A stretch of DNA of 64,000 nt. Source: Basidiobolus meristosporus CBS 931.73. Taxonomy: Eukaryota; Fungi; Basidiobolomycota. The position numbers were made by a program, and so were the translations under genes. Every line of letters starts with the position of its first letter. The first letter of the stretch is position 1. Shown in pieces: positions 1 through 12,794 of the stretch. Under the pieces are notes generated by a model. It saw nothing but the letters and a program-made list of their open reading frames with translations. It was not told the origin of the DNA and did no database searches. The stretch is from positions 124,001 through 188,000 of the forward strand of contig MCFE01000054.1 in NCBI GenBank assembly GCA_002104905.1. Reading direction: 5' to 3'.

Positions 1-2135
1 TCACTTGACTCATGTTTGCGAATGGCTTCTGAGACGTCACAAAGACCGTGGTTTGTGTTGAAGTGGAAAAATTGATTTCCTATCAATCAAACTGCACGGC
101 AAGATGAAGAAAATTGGCCGCCTAGTGGACCTTTTTTCGTTTAGACCAGCTCCTAAGCAACTTTGGGCAATTTCGTATTTAGCTGGATCTTTGGTCATGA
201 AGTCTCCACCATCTTATGCTCGATTTCTTGTTTATGATTCATATTTTTGTGATGACGTCTATCTCAGGCCTGGCCCATCATGGCTTAACTTTAAACCAGA
301 ATCTTGTAGGGTGTTTAGTGCAACACACTCGAAGTATGGTTCAGCGCAAGCTGCATAAACCAATCCAACTAGTACCAAAAAGCCCTCGCCGCCACTGCGC
401 CAGTCAACACCTGGGCTAGATGTTGATGGTTGCCAGCATCAAGGCTGTGATATTCCTAGATGCCTCAAATGCAAACTAACCAGGCATCAGCAATGCCGCC
501 TTGAAGTCTATGAACGGTCGATTTGGCAGCAGCGAAGCGGAAGTATTCTCCGAAAACAAAGGTGACGCCATTTGGATATTCTCTTGACAAATATATAATG
601 AGCGGGTGATTGATTGGCCAACGGCGGATTGTTTGTTGTCAAGCACCCGTATCCTCTACACCCCATTTACCATAAAAGTTGACGGCAACGAAAATTTCTG
701 CGCTGAATCACCAACACAAATTGACTAGATTGCGATTTATCTTTTCTGGGTTTTGATACTTCGCCAGGAATGATCCATGAATGGGATTCTTGGCAAGGGA
801 AGCCAGCCAATCGCCACAGGTCCAGCTATTATTGCTACCACATCTCACCAATTAAGGTCGGGCTCAGGGGTTTGTCCTATCTGTTGTTTAAATGCGAAAG
901 CAGCGGTCTGCATACCCAACGAACTTCTATTTCGGGGATTCTAGGAAAGTGGCAGTTGATTTGTTTCACTGATAGCATGTCTGGCGAGCACGCTGCAGGG
1001 TGCCGTTGCCTGTTTGTCGAGGCAGCCGAATGGATGTATTAACCCGCGGACAACCAACATGATGTGTGACTCCTAGGCCATCTAGTGTGCCCCATGGCCA
1101 CGTAGGAGCCACGAGATTACGCCGTATAAGCAAAAACGAACATGATATCAGGTTAATCAGAGAATATCGGGGTGGATGTTTTGGACCATTCTCTCTCTGC
1201 CAGTCACCCAATCACTCCTTCTCCCTAGCCTCACATGCGCCGGATTCCCAATCATCAGCCAGGAACATGGCGACCCCAAATCAGATGGCCAAATTAAGCT
1301 GGGTGTAGGACGTTCGAGGTCATTCGGCAATCTTGGTCAAGCAATACATTATGCGAGTTGGGTTGAACATCCCTCAGTTTATTCCGTATCACCATACGAG
1401 CCACCAGTCTAAATCACGAAAATCTCGAATGGGTATGCACTCTGGTGGAAACACGGCGGTTTCCAAATTCAACGGACGAAGCCTAGTATATTGAATGAAT
1501 CCTACAATACGAGAGTGTCACAAATTTGATGCCAAGGGACTATTTGGTCGAAGTGCGTACGCTCACATCAGATGGCAATTCGTGAATCATCCACTTGCAC
1601 GCCAATTAGTGGATTGGGCTCATATTGGGTAGAGCGGTCTACGTATTGGCATCAGCCCCGTAAGAGGTGGTCAACCTCACTGCCCTGGAAAGCCTGGCGA
1701 CCCCAGCATCCATGCCAGATGGCCGTGAATCGGTAGGAGAAAACCTTACTCCGCTATCAACGGCTCTGCTGCCCATCCAGCCGAGCGTTATTGGTGCGCT
1801 ATGGAAGTATACCCTACACGAGAGCGTGGGGTCGGACTGATAAGCCTCCTGGCTGATCGTAGTGGCTCATTTATCAGGAATTCCACGCACACTGCGCAAA
1901 TCTATTGGACTCGAACAAAGATAGCTGTGGCTCAGGTTTAACTGACAGTTTCACTAACCTGGCTTTCCAAATCCGTGAAATCCCAATTCAATCATGTCCC
2001 CAATTGCATTCTTAATTTAGCTGGCAATGGTGTTACCCTGACATATTTCCAATGACTCCTATCAGGCCATTTATAAACAAGTGTCCGATCTTCCAAACCA
2101 CATCAGATTGATCCACGTACCCGCTCTCTGAAATC

Positions 2136-3322
2136 ATGTCTACAATTGCTGTTAGCCCAAACATTGCCACCATCGCTTCCGAAAAGCTGGTGATCAAGAA
2201 GAAGCCATTCTCTTGGGTCAACATCGCACTGGGTGCCTTCATCCAAACCGCCGAAGTCTCTACCCTGGGCCAGCCGTTTGAAGTCATCAAAACCCACATG
2301 GCTGGTAATTTGCGTTGAACATTCTCTGCAAGCGTTTCCAAGTACTTACGCGTGATCGGTTTGTCTTAGCACACCGCGGCGATTCCCTTTGGACTGCCAT
2401 CACAAAGACCTACCAACGTGGTGGTATTCGCGGTTTTTACCAAGGCCTGATTCCCGTAAGTCCAAAACTCTGTTCTTTCGTCCCACACGCGTCTAATGAA
2501 ATGCTTTTTATCAAGTGGGCATGGATCGAGGCGTCCACCAAGGGGGGCGTTTTGCTCTTCGCATCCTCTGAGGTCGATTATTATGCGAGAATTCTGGGCG
2601 CTTCACCTGCGGTCTCGGGTGTTATCAGTGGTATGGCAGGAGGTGTTGCACAGGCATATACTACGATGGGCTTCTGCACATTTATGAAGACTGTCGAAGT
2701 CACTCGCCATAAGAGTCCTGATGTAAATGCGTCTAGCGTGAAGATTGCCTACGACATCTTCAAGAAAGAGGGAATTGTCGGCCTAAATAGAGGAGTCTCA
2801 GCAGTGGCAATGCGTCAGATGACCAACTGGGGATCTCGATTTGGTATCTCACGAGTAACTGAATCATTGCTCCGTGGTGACGATAAAACTAGGAAGCTAT
2901 CTAACACAGAGAGGATCATCTGTAAGCAAAAATGATTTGGCTTCCGTCGAATACACCACTAACCAATGTTGATGTTGAATATAGCATCTACTATTGGTGG
3001 TGCACTCTCCTGCTGGAACCAGCCTATTGAAGTAATTCGGGTAGAGATGCAAAGTCAAGCCAAGGCAGCCGATCGTCCTGAAAAGCTGAATATCTCCACA
3101 GCTGCCAGGTATATTTACGAACGTAACGGCTGGAAAGGATTTTATCGAGGAGTCACCCCACGCATAGGCCTTAGTGTTTATCTGACGGTATGTAATGCTG
3201 CCAATCGAAGGAATATTTCGTAGACTAACGAATCTTTTCTGTAGACCTGCATGGTATTTGGAGGTGATACCCTTAAAGAGTACGTTGCTGAACGACAGAA
3301 GAGAGATCGCATGAGGGCTTAG
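2136..3322 (+). CDS. YHM2: Mitochondrial carrier, citrate/2-oxoglutarate carrier (YHM2-like), 5 exons
   Basis: Carrier signature motifs GQPFEVIKT and NQPIEVIRVE, GFYQGLIPWAWIEASTKG, RQMTNWGSRFG, GFYRGVTPR. GT-AG introns at about 2305-2369, 2457-2515, 2923-2983 and 3188-3244 join the ORF-track fragments in frame. Stop TAG ends at 3322. Confidence 0.9.
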
Positions 3323-5467
3323 AGACTGTTGAAATGGTCATTTCAAGCGATCTATGCTGTATAAATTAATCAATCTTGTTTCCTCAATATTATTATTTGT
3401 AGCACATCTTTAATGTAGGCAATATTCCTATCTCTGTATCATTGTCATTTTATGTAACCAAACGCAATTTAATCTATTAATATATCTCCAGCCTTCAAAA
3501 ACCATCCCTCGCAACCCCAATTTTCATCTTAACCTTTGCCTCTGATACGTGTTGTAGGTGGCATTTGTAGGGAATAAATTATCATCGCAGACTGGGTATT
3601 CATCAGCATTTGCTGAAATTGGCTGGAAATAACAGGTGCATAAATCAATACTCCATAAGGACATTCCAATGGTATGTCTAGACTGAATCTTGATTCAAAT
3701 GAATTACAGATGTAAAAATCTTTCTCTGCAGTTGGTGGATCGTATTCGAGAGCAGCATATCATGCCCATAACTCTTGAGATTTCGATTAGCAGAGTTTAA
3801 ATGAAACTTTATACTTTGAGGTGATTCTTGTCAAACGAATGAAAAGAAAGCTCTGAGAAGGGCTTCAATGCTATGCACAGATTTTGTGACAATTGAATAT
3901 GCATGGGCAATCTTGATAACCTCCAGGGCTCCACATAGCTAGTTGCTGAACAATGGATTGTTGACTTTATTCTCTACTTGGCTTATTTGTTATGAGGTCA
4001 AGATACATGATTAGTTTTGGTGTCTAATTGAATAATAGTAACAAGATTAATTTGAAGCAAGAGCTTGTAAGTCATTTGGGGAGTGTTTTGCACTTGGTGA
4101 GCTGTTGAGCAAAAATGAAATATTTTCTCTTCTGATAAACTGCCAATTCATTCATTAATGGGCTACACTGAGTGATATAGAGTCTTTTGGATAATGGATA
4201 CAAAAGCATTAGCTTCAGAAGCTCCACGATTTTGAAGAAATACCATGTTTTCAACTCTAGTTGGGCAAAATTGAAAAGAATGACAGGAATAATAATGTAC
4301 GATGCTAACTATTTGTAACAGTCCCAAATAAGAAGCCTTGGGATGCCATAAATCCTTTGTTCCCACATATTATATGAAATCCTGGAAATTCAAACTACAT
4401 CAAGACAGAAAACTAGGCTGGGTCGATTATTTATGGCAAATGAGCACAAGTCGCCCAAGTTTTTGGTACCATGAAACTTGGTTGGTGATAGAATGTTAAC
4501 TATCTATTGGTTTTTTATAGCCATCTTAATAGTGTGGTGATGGGACTATGCAATACATGGGAGCACCAATTTAATAATAGCCCATTCAACAAGCCACTTC
4601 CTTGTGCACTGCGTTGGTGTTAAATAACGTATATAACACCCCTTCAGAAGACACCTTGCACATGGCCAATTTAACGAATGCAGCACTCATTATTTCTTGT
4701 CAAACCATCGGGGAGTGATCACTGTTACACGCCAGATCAAGGCGTTGACTCTGCCGAAAGCCGATTTAGTGATGGAGATCCACCACAACTCTCTCCCGAG
4801 GTCGACTTTTCCATCAGGATGACCCAGACCTATCCCGAGTCTTGCGGTACATTCCTAATTTGATAAATTAACTGGGCAGTTAACAATCAATCACTTCATA
4901 TATATATATATGTATATGCAGTGTACACCCATCACCTAGCAAAAAGAATGGTTACAAAATTCCAAACAATGACAACATCGAGGGCCTGATTACGTTTGAA
5001 GATCTATTTATTTCAAGTGAGGCCTTCTCGCCAATTGGCCTACCGCTTGAGATCACCACGAGTTGTAATGGGATCCGGAGTTGAGTAGTTCCTTCTCCAT
5101 CTGGTGGACATTCCATTTGCGGTAAATTAAAATCCCATGCTTAGATTCCGCGGGTGGGTTCGTATGATGATTGATGTATCATCTGATCTACGATGGCTGC
5201 ACATGAAGGTGAACAGGTTGGTTGGGGAGTTATTTATTAGCTGGTGAACGAAACCCAGTCACTTCAGTTAGGATAAAGGTACATATTTGACAAAATCATG
5301 AATACGAATGCTATGAGAACCTAGTTTAGGTGGCATCGGCATTCCTGGCTGCTACCAGATCTTGTTTGGATGGCATATTTACAGTGATAGGTCAGCTCTT
5401 CATGGAAACTACGGAATAAGGCAATCCTGCCAGATGAAATGCTACGATTGGCTACCGGTAGAGATCT

Positions 5468-7385
5468 CTACATGATGACACAACCGCCGTCCATGTCGCT
5501 ATTGATGCCAATGACTTTGACATCTTCCTTGGCTTGTTCGTAATCGATCTCCTTCTGTTTCGCCTTGATCTCCCGAGGGAAATAAAGTTTCATGAAGTTC
5601 ATTCGAGGGACATCCAAGTTCCCAGTGTTGGCTTCGGTAACCGAGTCCGGTGCCCGGCAGAGAGGGCAATCGTGGATCTTGCGCCTTTGGGCTCCGATCA
5701 TGCATTGTACGCAAAAGACGTGTCCGCATTTCAGTCGAATAGGCTTCCACGATATAGCTAGAGGGCGCGACGATTTGAATCAGTCAATGCTTTGATGACA
5801 CGTCAGGGCTGGGTACTTACACAGGCAAATTGGACATTGGTAATCGTCCGGCTGCGGGATGATGATCAAAAGCTCCGACTACGCAAGGATTGGGTCAGGT
5901 CCGAGTAGGTACAATTGGCTCTGTTCTTGAAACACTTACATGTAAGGCGCTGAGTAGGGCCTTCGAGAGATTCCCTTTGAACAGCAGACTGGGGGCCATA
6001 AGGTCAACAAACCACGACTTCGCACTGTTGCAGGGTGATAGGCAGCGTATCAGAATCATCGACAACATCCACAGTGGTAAAGACGTCATAAATACCTCAA
6101 ATGCGTCCGTTTATCATGCTTCTTGATGATCTTGCGGATTGCGGTTTGATTGAGCTCATGGAATTGCATGATGGAGAGTAGGTCTCGGTTGAGCTGGTGG
6201 GCAGTGTTAGTCGCAACTCCGCGCATTCGGACGTTAGATGCTCCCACTTACCATCATGAACTGTTCCAGGGCTTTGCTGGAATCACGAGTGCGGAATTTC
6301 TTGGCCTTTGGAGGTTTGGCGTGAGTGGTGGCGGACGAATCTGGTGATGAATACGTGCTTACCAGAGAAAGGCGCGTTATCTCCTGGACAAACCATTGAT
6401 ACTGTTCTCGGGTTTTTTCGACGGTTTGCGGCTTCTGCCACACACGGTTGTTGACCATCCATATGCTAGCATCCAGGTACAGATTGAAGATCTCGCGCCT
6501 AAAGATGAGCGAATATGTCAGTGACCAGGTGACATATGTGTATATATGCTATCTCGCCTACCATGTATACATGTCTTTGGAATACGGTGATGCAGTATGC
6601 GAAATTAATGAGGCTAATTTAACGATCTTGCCCGAACATGCCTCCTTCATATCCAGCTCGAATTTAGTCAGCCCGTTAATAGAACCACTGAGGTTTCCAA
6701 AAAATTCAGAATCGGTGGGTAGTGTGATGTTCAGGGCTCTACAACACCAAAGGTTAGCATGGGTAAATGATATCATGAGAGGATGAGCCATTTTACCTAG
6801 TGGTTGTGCTCGAATCAGCTGGGTTATTGACGTCCCACTCGGGATGATCAGGTTGGGCTTCCTCAGAGCCTTGGAATTCATCAGCCTGGGAAAGCTCTTG
6901 AACTGGGCTGCTTGGTTCGCTTTCATCCTCAACCTTTTCCACGACAGGGGGTTCTTCAAGGTGAATCACCGCCTGTTCCAGGTCTGCAGTTTCTTCTGGC
7001 ACTGTGGGCATTGTCAATGAGCTCAATTTAGTCGATAGGGCCTCTAGTTCAGGCGCCGCTTCCTCAGCATTGTCCTCAACAATCACCTCAATATTCGGGG
7101 AGAAATTCTCAACTGTGCCTATATACTCAGCCACGTTAGCTTTGCAATGCTCAAGTCAATGACGCGCTTGACCGTACCAATAAAGGAGTAAATCAGCTTC
7201 AATGGTTGAGTACTATCAATGCTTTCGTCCGAATAGCCTGCAGCAAGGCTTGCCAGCCCTATTTCCTCCAACTCCGCAACAATGCGGTTAATGCATTTCT
7301 TCAGGTGTGAGTAATGAACGACGTGCTGTCGCCAATCTTCAGGCAACTCCTGTGCCGAGGCACTCAAACACTTCCCGAATTTCAT
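5468..7385 (-). CDS. pqr1: SPX-domain plus C3HC4 RING E3 ubiquitin ligase (S. pombe Pqr1/Spx1-like), multi-exon
   Basis: N-terminus MKFGKCL...W...VHYSHLKKCI is an SPX start. The spliced C-terminus reads CPICLSISWKPIRLKCGHVFCVQC...CPLCR (RING-HC). GT-AG introns restore the frame. Confidence 0.85.
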
Positions 7386-9098
7386 TGAGTAGGTTCGTTA
7401 TCGTAGGGGCGGCCAAAGGTCAATGGTGGTTGGGGAATCGTGAAGTAGCGCAAGAGGGTAAACTGGGAGCATCTACCGATCAACAAGTCACTTTATAATA
7501 TAAATTGGAAAAAAATATCGAGAACGCAAAGTAGCTTCCAATTAAAAGGGAATGCCCGCCACCAATTGAATGTGATCAATGGTGTGGACTAATTTGGAAG
7601 AAACCTACATGCCATGAGAGGATAAATGTAGCAACTTGAATGTCAGTTGGGTGCTTGTTTTAAACTAGTGGTCAAGATAAATTCTACATGTGAGCACCTG
7701 GTGTCAAAATCTAATTAGTATATTGATTCATATCTGGCAGTAGATGGATCTAAATAACTTTAATAATCGCCCCTCGACACTTCGGCGGTTTCATTTCGGC
7801 CTGCATCTGGAAAATCTTTCTGCCCGCTTTGGTAGGCAATTGGGCACGCAGAGGCTACAAGGTTTCACAGTAGCTAACTTGACAATCAACCAGGTTGGAA
7901 TCACAGTGTAGTTACTCGCCTCGATAGGCGAGGTTCTTGTTAATTCTAGTTGGCCAGAAACCGTCGCCTAGCGCGTACATGTGGCTACACCAGTGCGAGT
8001 TCACACAATGGCTGAGATGCGTTCTTCAAGAAAATACATGTCATTGTCAATTCTTAGACCGACAGGTTTTTGATCACACATGCTCCATATCTGAGTGGCT
8101 GATGGGATAGCCATTCTCCCAGAAGTTTAGCAATAGCCACTAGTGCCCATTTTGGTAGTTTCGTAAGCCTTCTGCAAAGACAGGAGGAATTGTACAATCG
8201 TGCTGTTTTCTTTTCCAGGAGTACTCGTCAGTGCAAGAAGATGGCATCTGCATTACTATATTAAGCTAGAGACTCTTTGCTCGTTACTGGTTCGATTGCG
8301 GACGGTGGGTGATTGGATGAGCCCAATGTACTTGTGTTCATTACAGTCAATCAATTGTGGACATAGCTTTGACCTCTGCCTAATTTACGTAATGATCCAG
8401 AGTTTGCCAAATCAATTCTCTCTGGTCCCATCAATCCGAAATCCATTTTTCCACGGCCATATTCAGAGACTTCTGCGGGTTTACCCTTTGCGAGTAGACG
8501 GCTGATAAAAAAATATGATTCCAGTGTTGAAATAATTGGCCGGGCAATTGTCAAGAAACTAACTGGGGCGTTTTCCAAGGTCCTGAGGCCAGTGATGGTT
8601 CGCTGTAAAAATATATGGGGCTATATCGCTTTTGCAGTCATCTGGGTAGTACAGCGGAGTTCTTTTGGAGCTGGTGGGGGGGGTTGATGGTTGTTGGAGG
8701 CATGGGATATTGAATCTAACGGATATATAGAATAAGATGGGAATATTTTCGATTTGAAGCGCTGGAATACCAACAGTAGGAAATCTGGGCATGTGATTTC
8801 AGAATTCACAAGCGAAAGTGATTGCATGTTGCTTCTAAATACCTACTGTTGATTAGATGGTATTAGACATTGTCTTGGATGTTGGGATGTCCGACTGATA
8901 TCATAAAATCCAGCTTGATACAAGTCTAAAACTCTCACTCAGTTCCCTCTAGCCAATTTGATCGAATATTTGGTTTGACCCCAGATTCATGCCAGGTGTG
9001 GGTGGAATACAGAGCAAATCATTATGTTGATTCTTACAGCTGCCACAGTAAATTTGCTGGTCAACACTGATAGTGAGCTCATGGAAGTGGCATCTTGA

Positions 9099-9445
9099 TG
9101 TTGTAAGAGTTTTGGAGATATTGGAGGTAATTGGGTGCACAAGTAGATTATGTGGTTTTCACTTGATGATTTATTAGATGTAAAAGTAGAACTTATTCTA
9201 CGTGAGTGTTAAGTCAAGAACATGTCAAAGTATATGTTTAGGAAGGTCCCAAGAGCATGTGTGCAAAGTTTGGGGCTGTTTGGACAACTTTGAGATTTCT
9301 CATGTCCTGGGTAACTGATGTTTTGGTGAAATATTCTAAGTAAATCCCGACATGGAATTTGGCCAGAATTCTCTAAGGTTTGTTGACTACGATCTAAGTG
9401 ACTAAGTCAAGTGAATATTTAGGTGTAATTACGAAATATACAACA
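9099..9445 (-). mobile_element. Solo/orphan LTR of the window's copia family (copy E)
   Basis: TGTTGTAA...TACAACA termini; alignable over its full 347 bp to the LTRs at 17454 and 22147; no target-site duplication seen. Confidence 0.85.
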
Positions 9446-9833
9446 GTTTAGGTGTCAGCAAACTGGAACCACAGACAGCTGAAAAATTGATGTAGTGGAC
9501 AGATGGTTTATTATATTTACACAGACTGTGGAGTATCAGCAATTTAACATCTTGGAGGAGGATATTACCAAAATGGACTGAGCAATGGTTGAATATGTTG
9601 GCAAGTTTCAACCAACAGAGCACGCGTTGCAACAGGAGATTGGTGGAGTTTATCTCTGAGGCCAGTTTTTCTAATCATTAGAGAGGTCTAATCTGAATGG
9701 AATCAAATCCAAGTAATCAGCAGGTAATCTCAGAAGGAATTCTTTGGTATAGTTGATTTGTATTTGTCTAAGTAAGCCATCGAACTCTTGCTAACAAATC
9801 GTTGGGCACTTCTGGTTCTGTCGGAGCAATCGA

Positions 9834-11435
9834 CTAGTTCATCCGCGCTTTGGAGATGTTGAACTCCATATCGCTCGTTTGATAGGTCTCGTATGACTTT
9901 CGGGGAGCCGAACCGTCATAGAAATGTAAATATCCATTACCAGCGTCAGCAGCTTCCATTGATGTTGACGAGCGATTGGAGCTGATCCCCATTGCGTAGT
10001 GAATATCCATATTGTTGCGTGTGTAGGCATTATCGTGACTACCAGTTAGGCAATTGAAAAAGTACACGATACAACTGTAGATTTCTCGCACAAAATCCAT
10101 TGGGTTCAGTGCGTCCACCAATGCCCGAAACACTGGCAGCCTATCCCGCCCTTTAGGTCGGTAACCGCGGTAATCAAATGCTTTAACGTGAAGGAATGAG
10201 AAAAATACCATCTCGACGCATATCAGTATTGCTTGGACACCGGTGGATATGTTGTGTTCCGTCCTGTAAACAAATGTTAGTGTCAGTTTCCGTTGACCCT
10301 GGTGGATATGTTCCACTCGTACCAGTACTCCGTTTCTTTGATAATGCCTAATGCAGAGCTGATTAGTTCGGCGACCATGAGATTAGTATGACTGCGTGAA
10401 TTTCCCCTACCGAATTGCACCAAGACGCTCAAGAAAACATATTGCCAAAAAGAGAAAAATATCACCTAGTTGAGAAGTTAGAATACGTTTTGCATCCTAA
10501 TATCCACACCACAGACTTACCAATTTTATACATAGGAATTTGTAGAACGGCTTGAATTGTTGGATCTCCTCGCATACTGTCATGTAGAAAATCACCAAGC
10601 AATACATGGCAATCGATACGGATGTAAACTCAATTGCTAAAATGTACACACGTCCATATTTCGGTGATAATGATTCAGGACACAGCGACCCCTTGGCCAT
10701 AAAGATTACAGACAGGCTAGTAGTTATTGGCCGAATGACAACGTACTGCAGGATGCCCCACTTGAGCCATTGAAGAAAATGGGGGCTGGCGGGATTGTAT
10801 GTCCAGCAGCATAATGGGAACACGAGCTTGTTTTGTGGCCGTTTTTGGATTGCCTCTCGTTGAAGGTCGCCAGTATCTCCCAGATACTGTAGCAGGAGAA
10901 TGAAGAAGCTGGCCAGAACAAACGCCTCGTAGCAGTCTCTTATAACCTCAAAGTAGATGGACTCCTGGTAGAAGCGGTAGGATAGCCAGGATATTACGGC
11001 ATAGATGGGAACCATCAGCACTATACGTATAATGTATCGCTGCTGGTTCGGCTGTTATTTGTTAGAGATAGTCAGCCTCAATACGACAGATGTTGGTCTC
11101 CCACTCAGGAATCGCCAGAAATATTGCACCTACCTTAGTGTAAAATTGCGCGTGCTTATAGATCAGAAAGAAGGAGATTGAGGCTGCCATCACAGCGCAC
11201 ACGCCTGAAAACATCCAGCCAAGATGAGAGGCTGTTGTGTAACCAATTCGAATAAAGTACAATGCCTTTAGAATTGTTGATAAATATTCGCGAAAGAAGG
11301 CTACTAATGTAACAACGTTCTAACCTCTTATCTCATTCCAGGAACGAAACGCCTCAGGATCCGAGCCTTTGACAACCCAGCATATATCCGATAACATATG
11401 GGGAATACGGTGCTCCAAGTCGTTTGGCTTAAATG
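9834..11435 (-). CDS. TMEM184 / organic solute transporter OST-alpha family protein (5' end unresolved)
   Basis: HLGWMFSG...KHAQFYT, RILLMVPIYAVISWLSYRFY...IRDCYEAFV, KFLCIK, LICVEM...H.KAFDY are OST-alpha motifs. GT-AG introns at about 10264-10322, 10468-10520, 11043-11120 and 11233-11324. The start codon lies upstream of 11435 and was not identified. Confidence 0.85.
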
Positions 11436-12262
11436 CTGTTTATCGGCGATGGTGATGTCTTGATATCAACGGGTAAGAAATTCGACTAAACGGTACAATT
11501 TCAATCTATAGTAAGAAGGAAGCCAGCGTGTGTTTGAAAGCGGGATTCAAGGGAAATGGTGGTGGAAGATGATAAGAGGCTACAAGTGTGTAGACATCGT
11601 TATCTAACTAAAAGCCAGGAATAACTCGGATGCCTAAGGTTTTATTCATTTCGGAAGTTAACTCATAGCATACCTGACCTGCATGTATTTCAGAAAGAAC
11701 GTGCAGGAAATGCGGATCTTTATGCAGCCCCGAAGTCCAGCATTTTCTGGGCTAAATCAACATAATTATGTGCAGCCCTTCCTGAGTGTATTGATAATGG
11801 GCCCAATTCTATTTTAAGGCCAACAGAATTGTACCATTGAATGCGAATGTGAAGCAGCAAGAAAAAATACATAACAGAACAATCAGGGACCACTCGTGAC
11901 TCCATCGATTCGCTGCACCGATATGCTCTGACAAGGCATCTCCTACTTGGCGATGTTTGTGCATGTCGGAGTATATTTCAAAGTGCTTGTTATTTTGTCT
12001 GTTTGAGGCTGCAGGGAGCATAAGTGTGTGAGTAGGAAATCTCTTCAATCGTCATAATGTGTGTTGGGTGGCCATATTGAGCAACCAGAAAGAGATTGCA
12101 AGAACGCCTTTATTTAGATGCAATGGTTCTGGATAAGTTAGCAGTTATGGAATGTTTGTATCAATGTCTTGAGGCCAATGTGAGAATAGTGTTTGTCAGT
12201 ACATCCATGCAGCCTACAAATTCCTCAGCTCCTGGCTGGAATCATCCATTACGATTGGTGGG

Positions 12263-12794
12263 CTAGTGGTGCCTTACTTCCGCTGTTGTTGCAAGTGTAT
12301 CCTGCGAAAACAGCAAAAATCCGATAAATGCGCCCAGGATTACACTGAGCATCAGAAACCCGTTGAAGGTCATGAAGACCAGCATCAGGCAAAATGATAT
12401 TGAAACCTGAATTGCATACATTGTGGAACGAGCCAGTTGCTCAGTGTACGTTGGCTTTAAACGAATATCGGGTTTCATATCAACAAACAGGTGGGGATTT
12501 CTATTTACTTGATTAACAGTTCCCCTGCGCATCAGTATCTGATGATCCAATACCCGGATGACCAGTCGGACCAACTCGTAAGTCAAGGAGAGGCAGAAAG
12601 TTCCCAGACAAATCGCCAGTACCCCCGTAAGTGTCTGAATTTCCCAGCCACCAAACACTACGCACAAATTCTGATAATCCCAGTTCAGCGTCATCTACCA
12701 TGAGTGAAGTTGTCTAAATTGGGCCGCTGATGATATCGAGTGTAGATGAACATACCTGGCCCATACACGGACTTCTTGAGGAGTGGTGATCCAT
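12263..12794 (-). CDS. CTR2: Ctr-family copper transporter, short CTR2-like form, 2 exons
   Basis: Exon 1 MDHHSSRSPCMGQ (12794-12756), GTATGT intron, exon 2 MTLNWDYQNLCVVFGGW. TM2 carries MxxxM (MLVFM) and TM3 carries GxxxG (GAFIG). Confidence 0.85.

Noticed and set aside
1-560. Possible gene start on the minus strand (MASPLFSENTSASLLPNRPF... followed by GTTAGT)
   Set aside because: No consistent spliced frame or recognisable domain could be built.
1620-1930. GC-rich stretch with GGTAGAGCG resembling a tRNA D-arm or structured RNA
   Set aside because: No T-loop GTTCRA, no cloverleaf, and no RNase P/MRP/SRP/snRNA signature recognised.
3540-4370. AT-rich, CpG-poor segment that may be a TE relic
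   Set aside because: Manual translation of the minus-strand frames gave no assignable motif.
9446-9500. SKLEPQTAEKLM resembling a hAT dimerisation-domain end
   Set aside because: Too short and not supported by flanking motifs.
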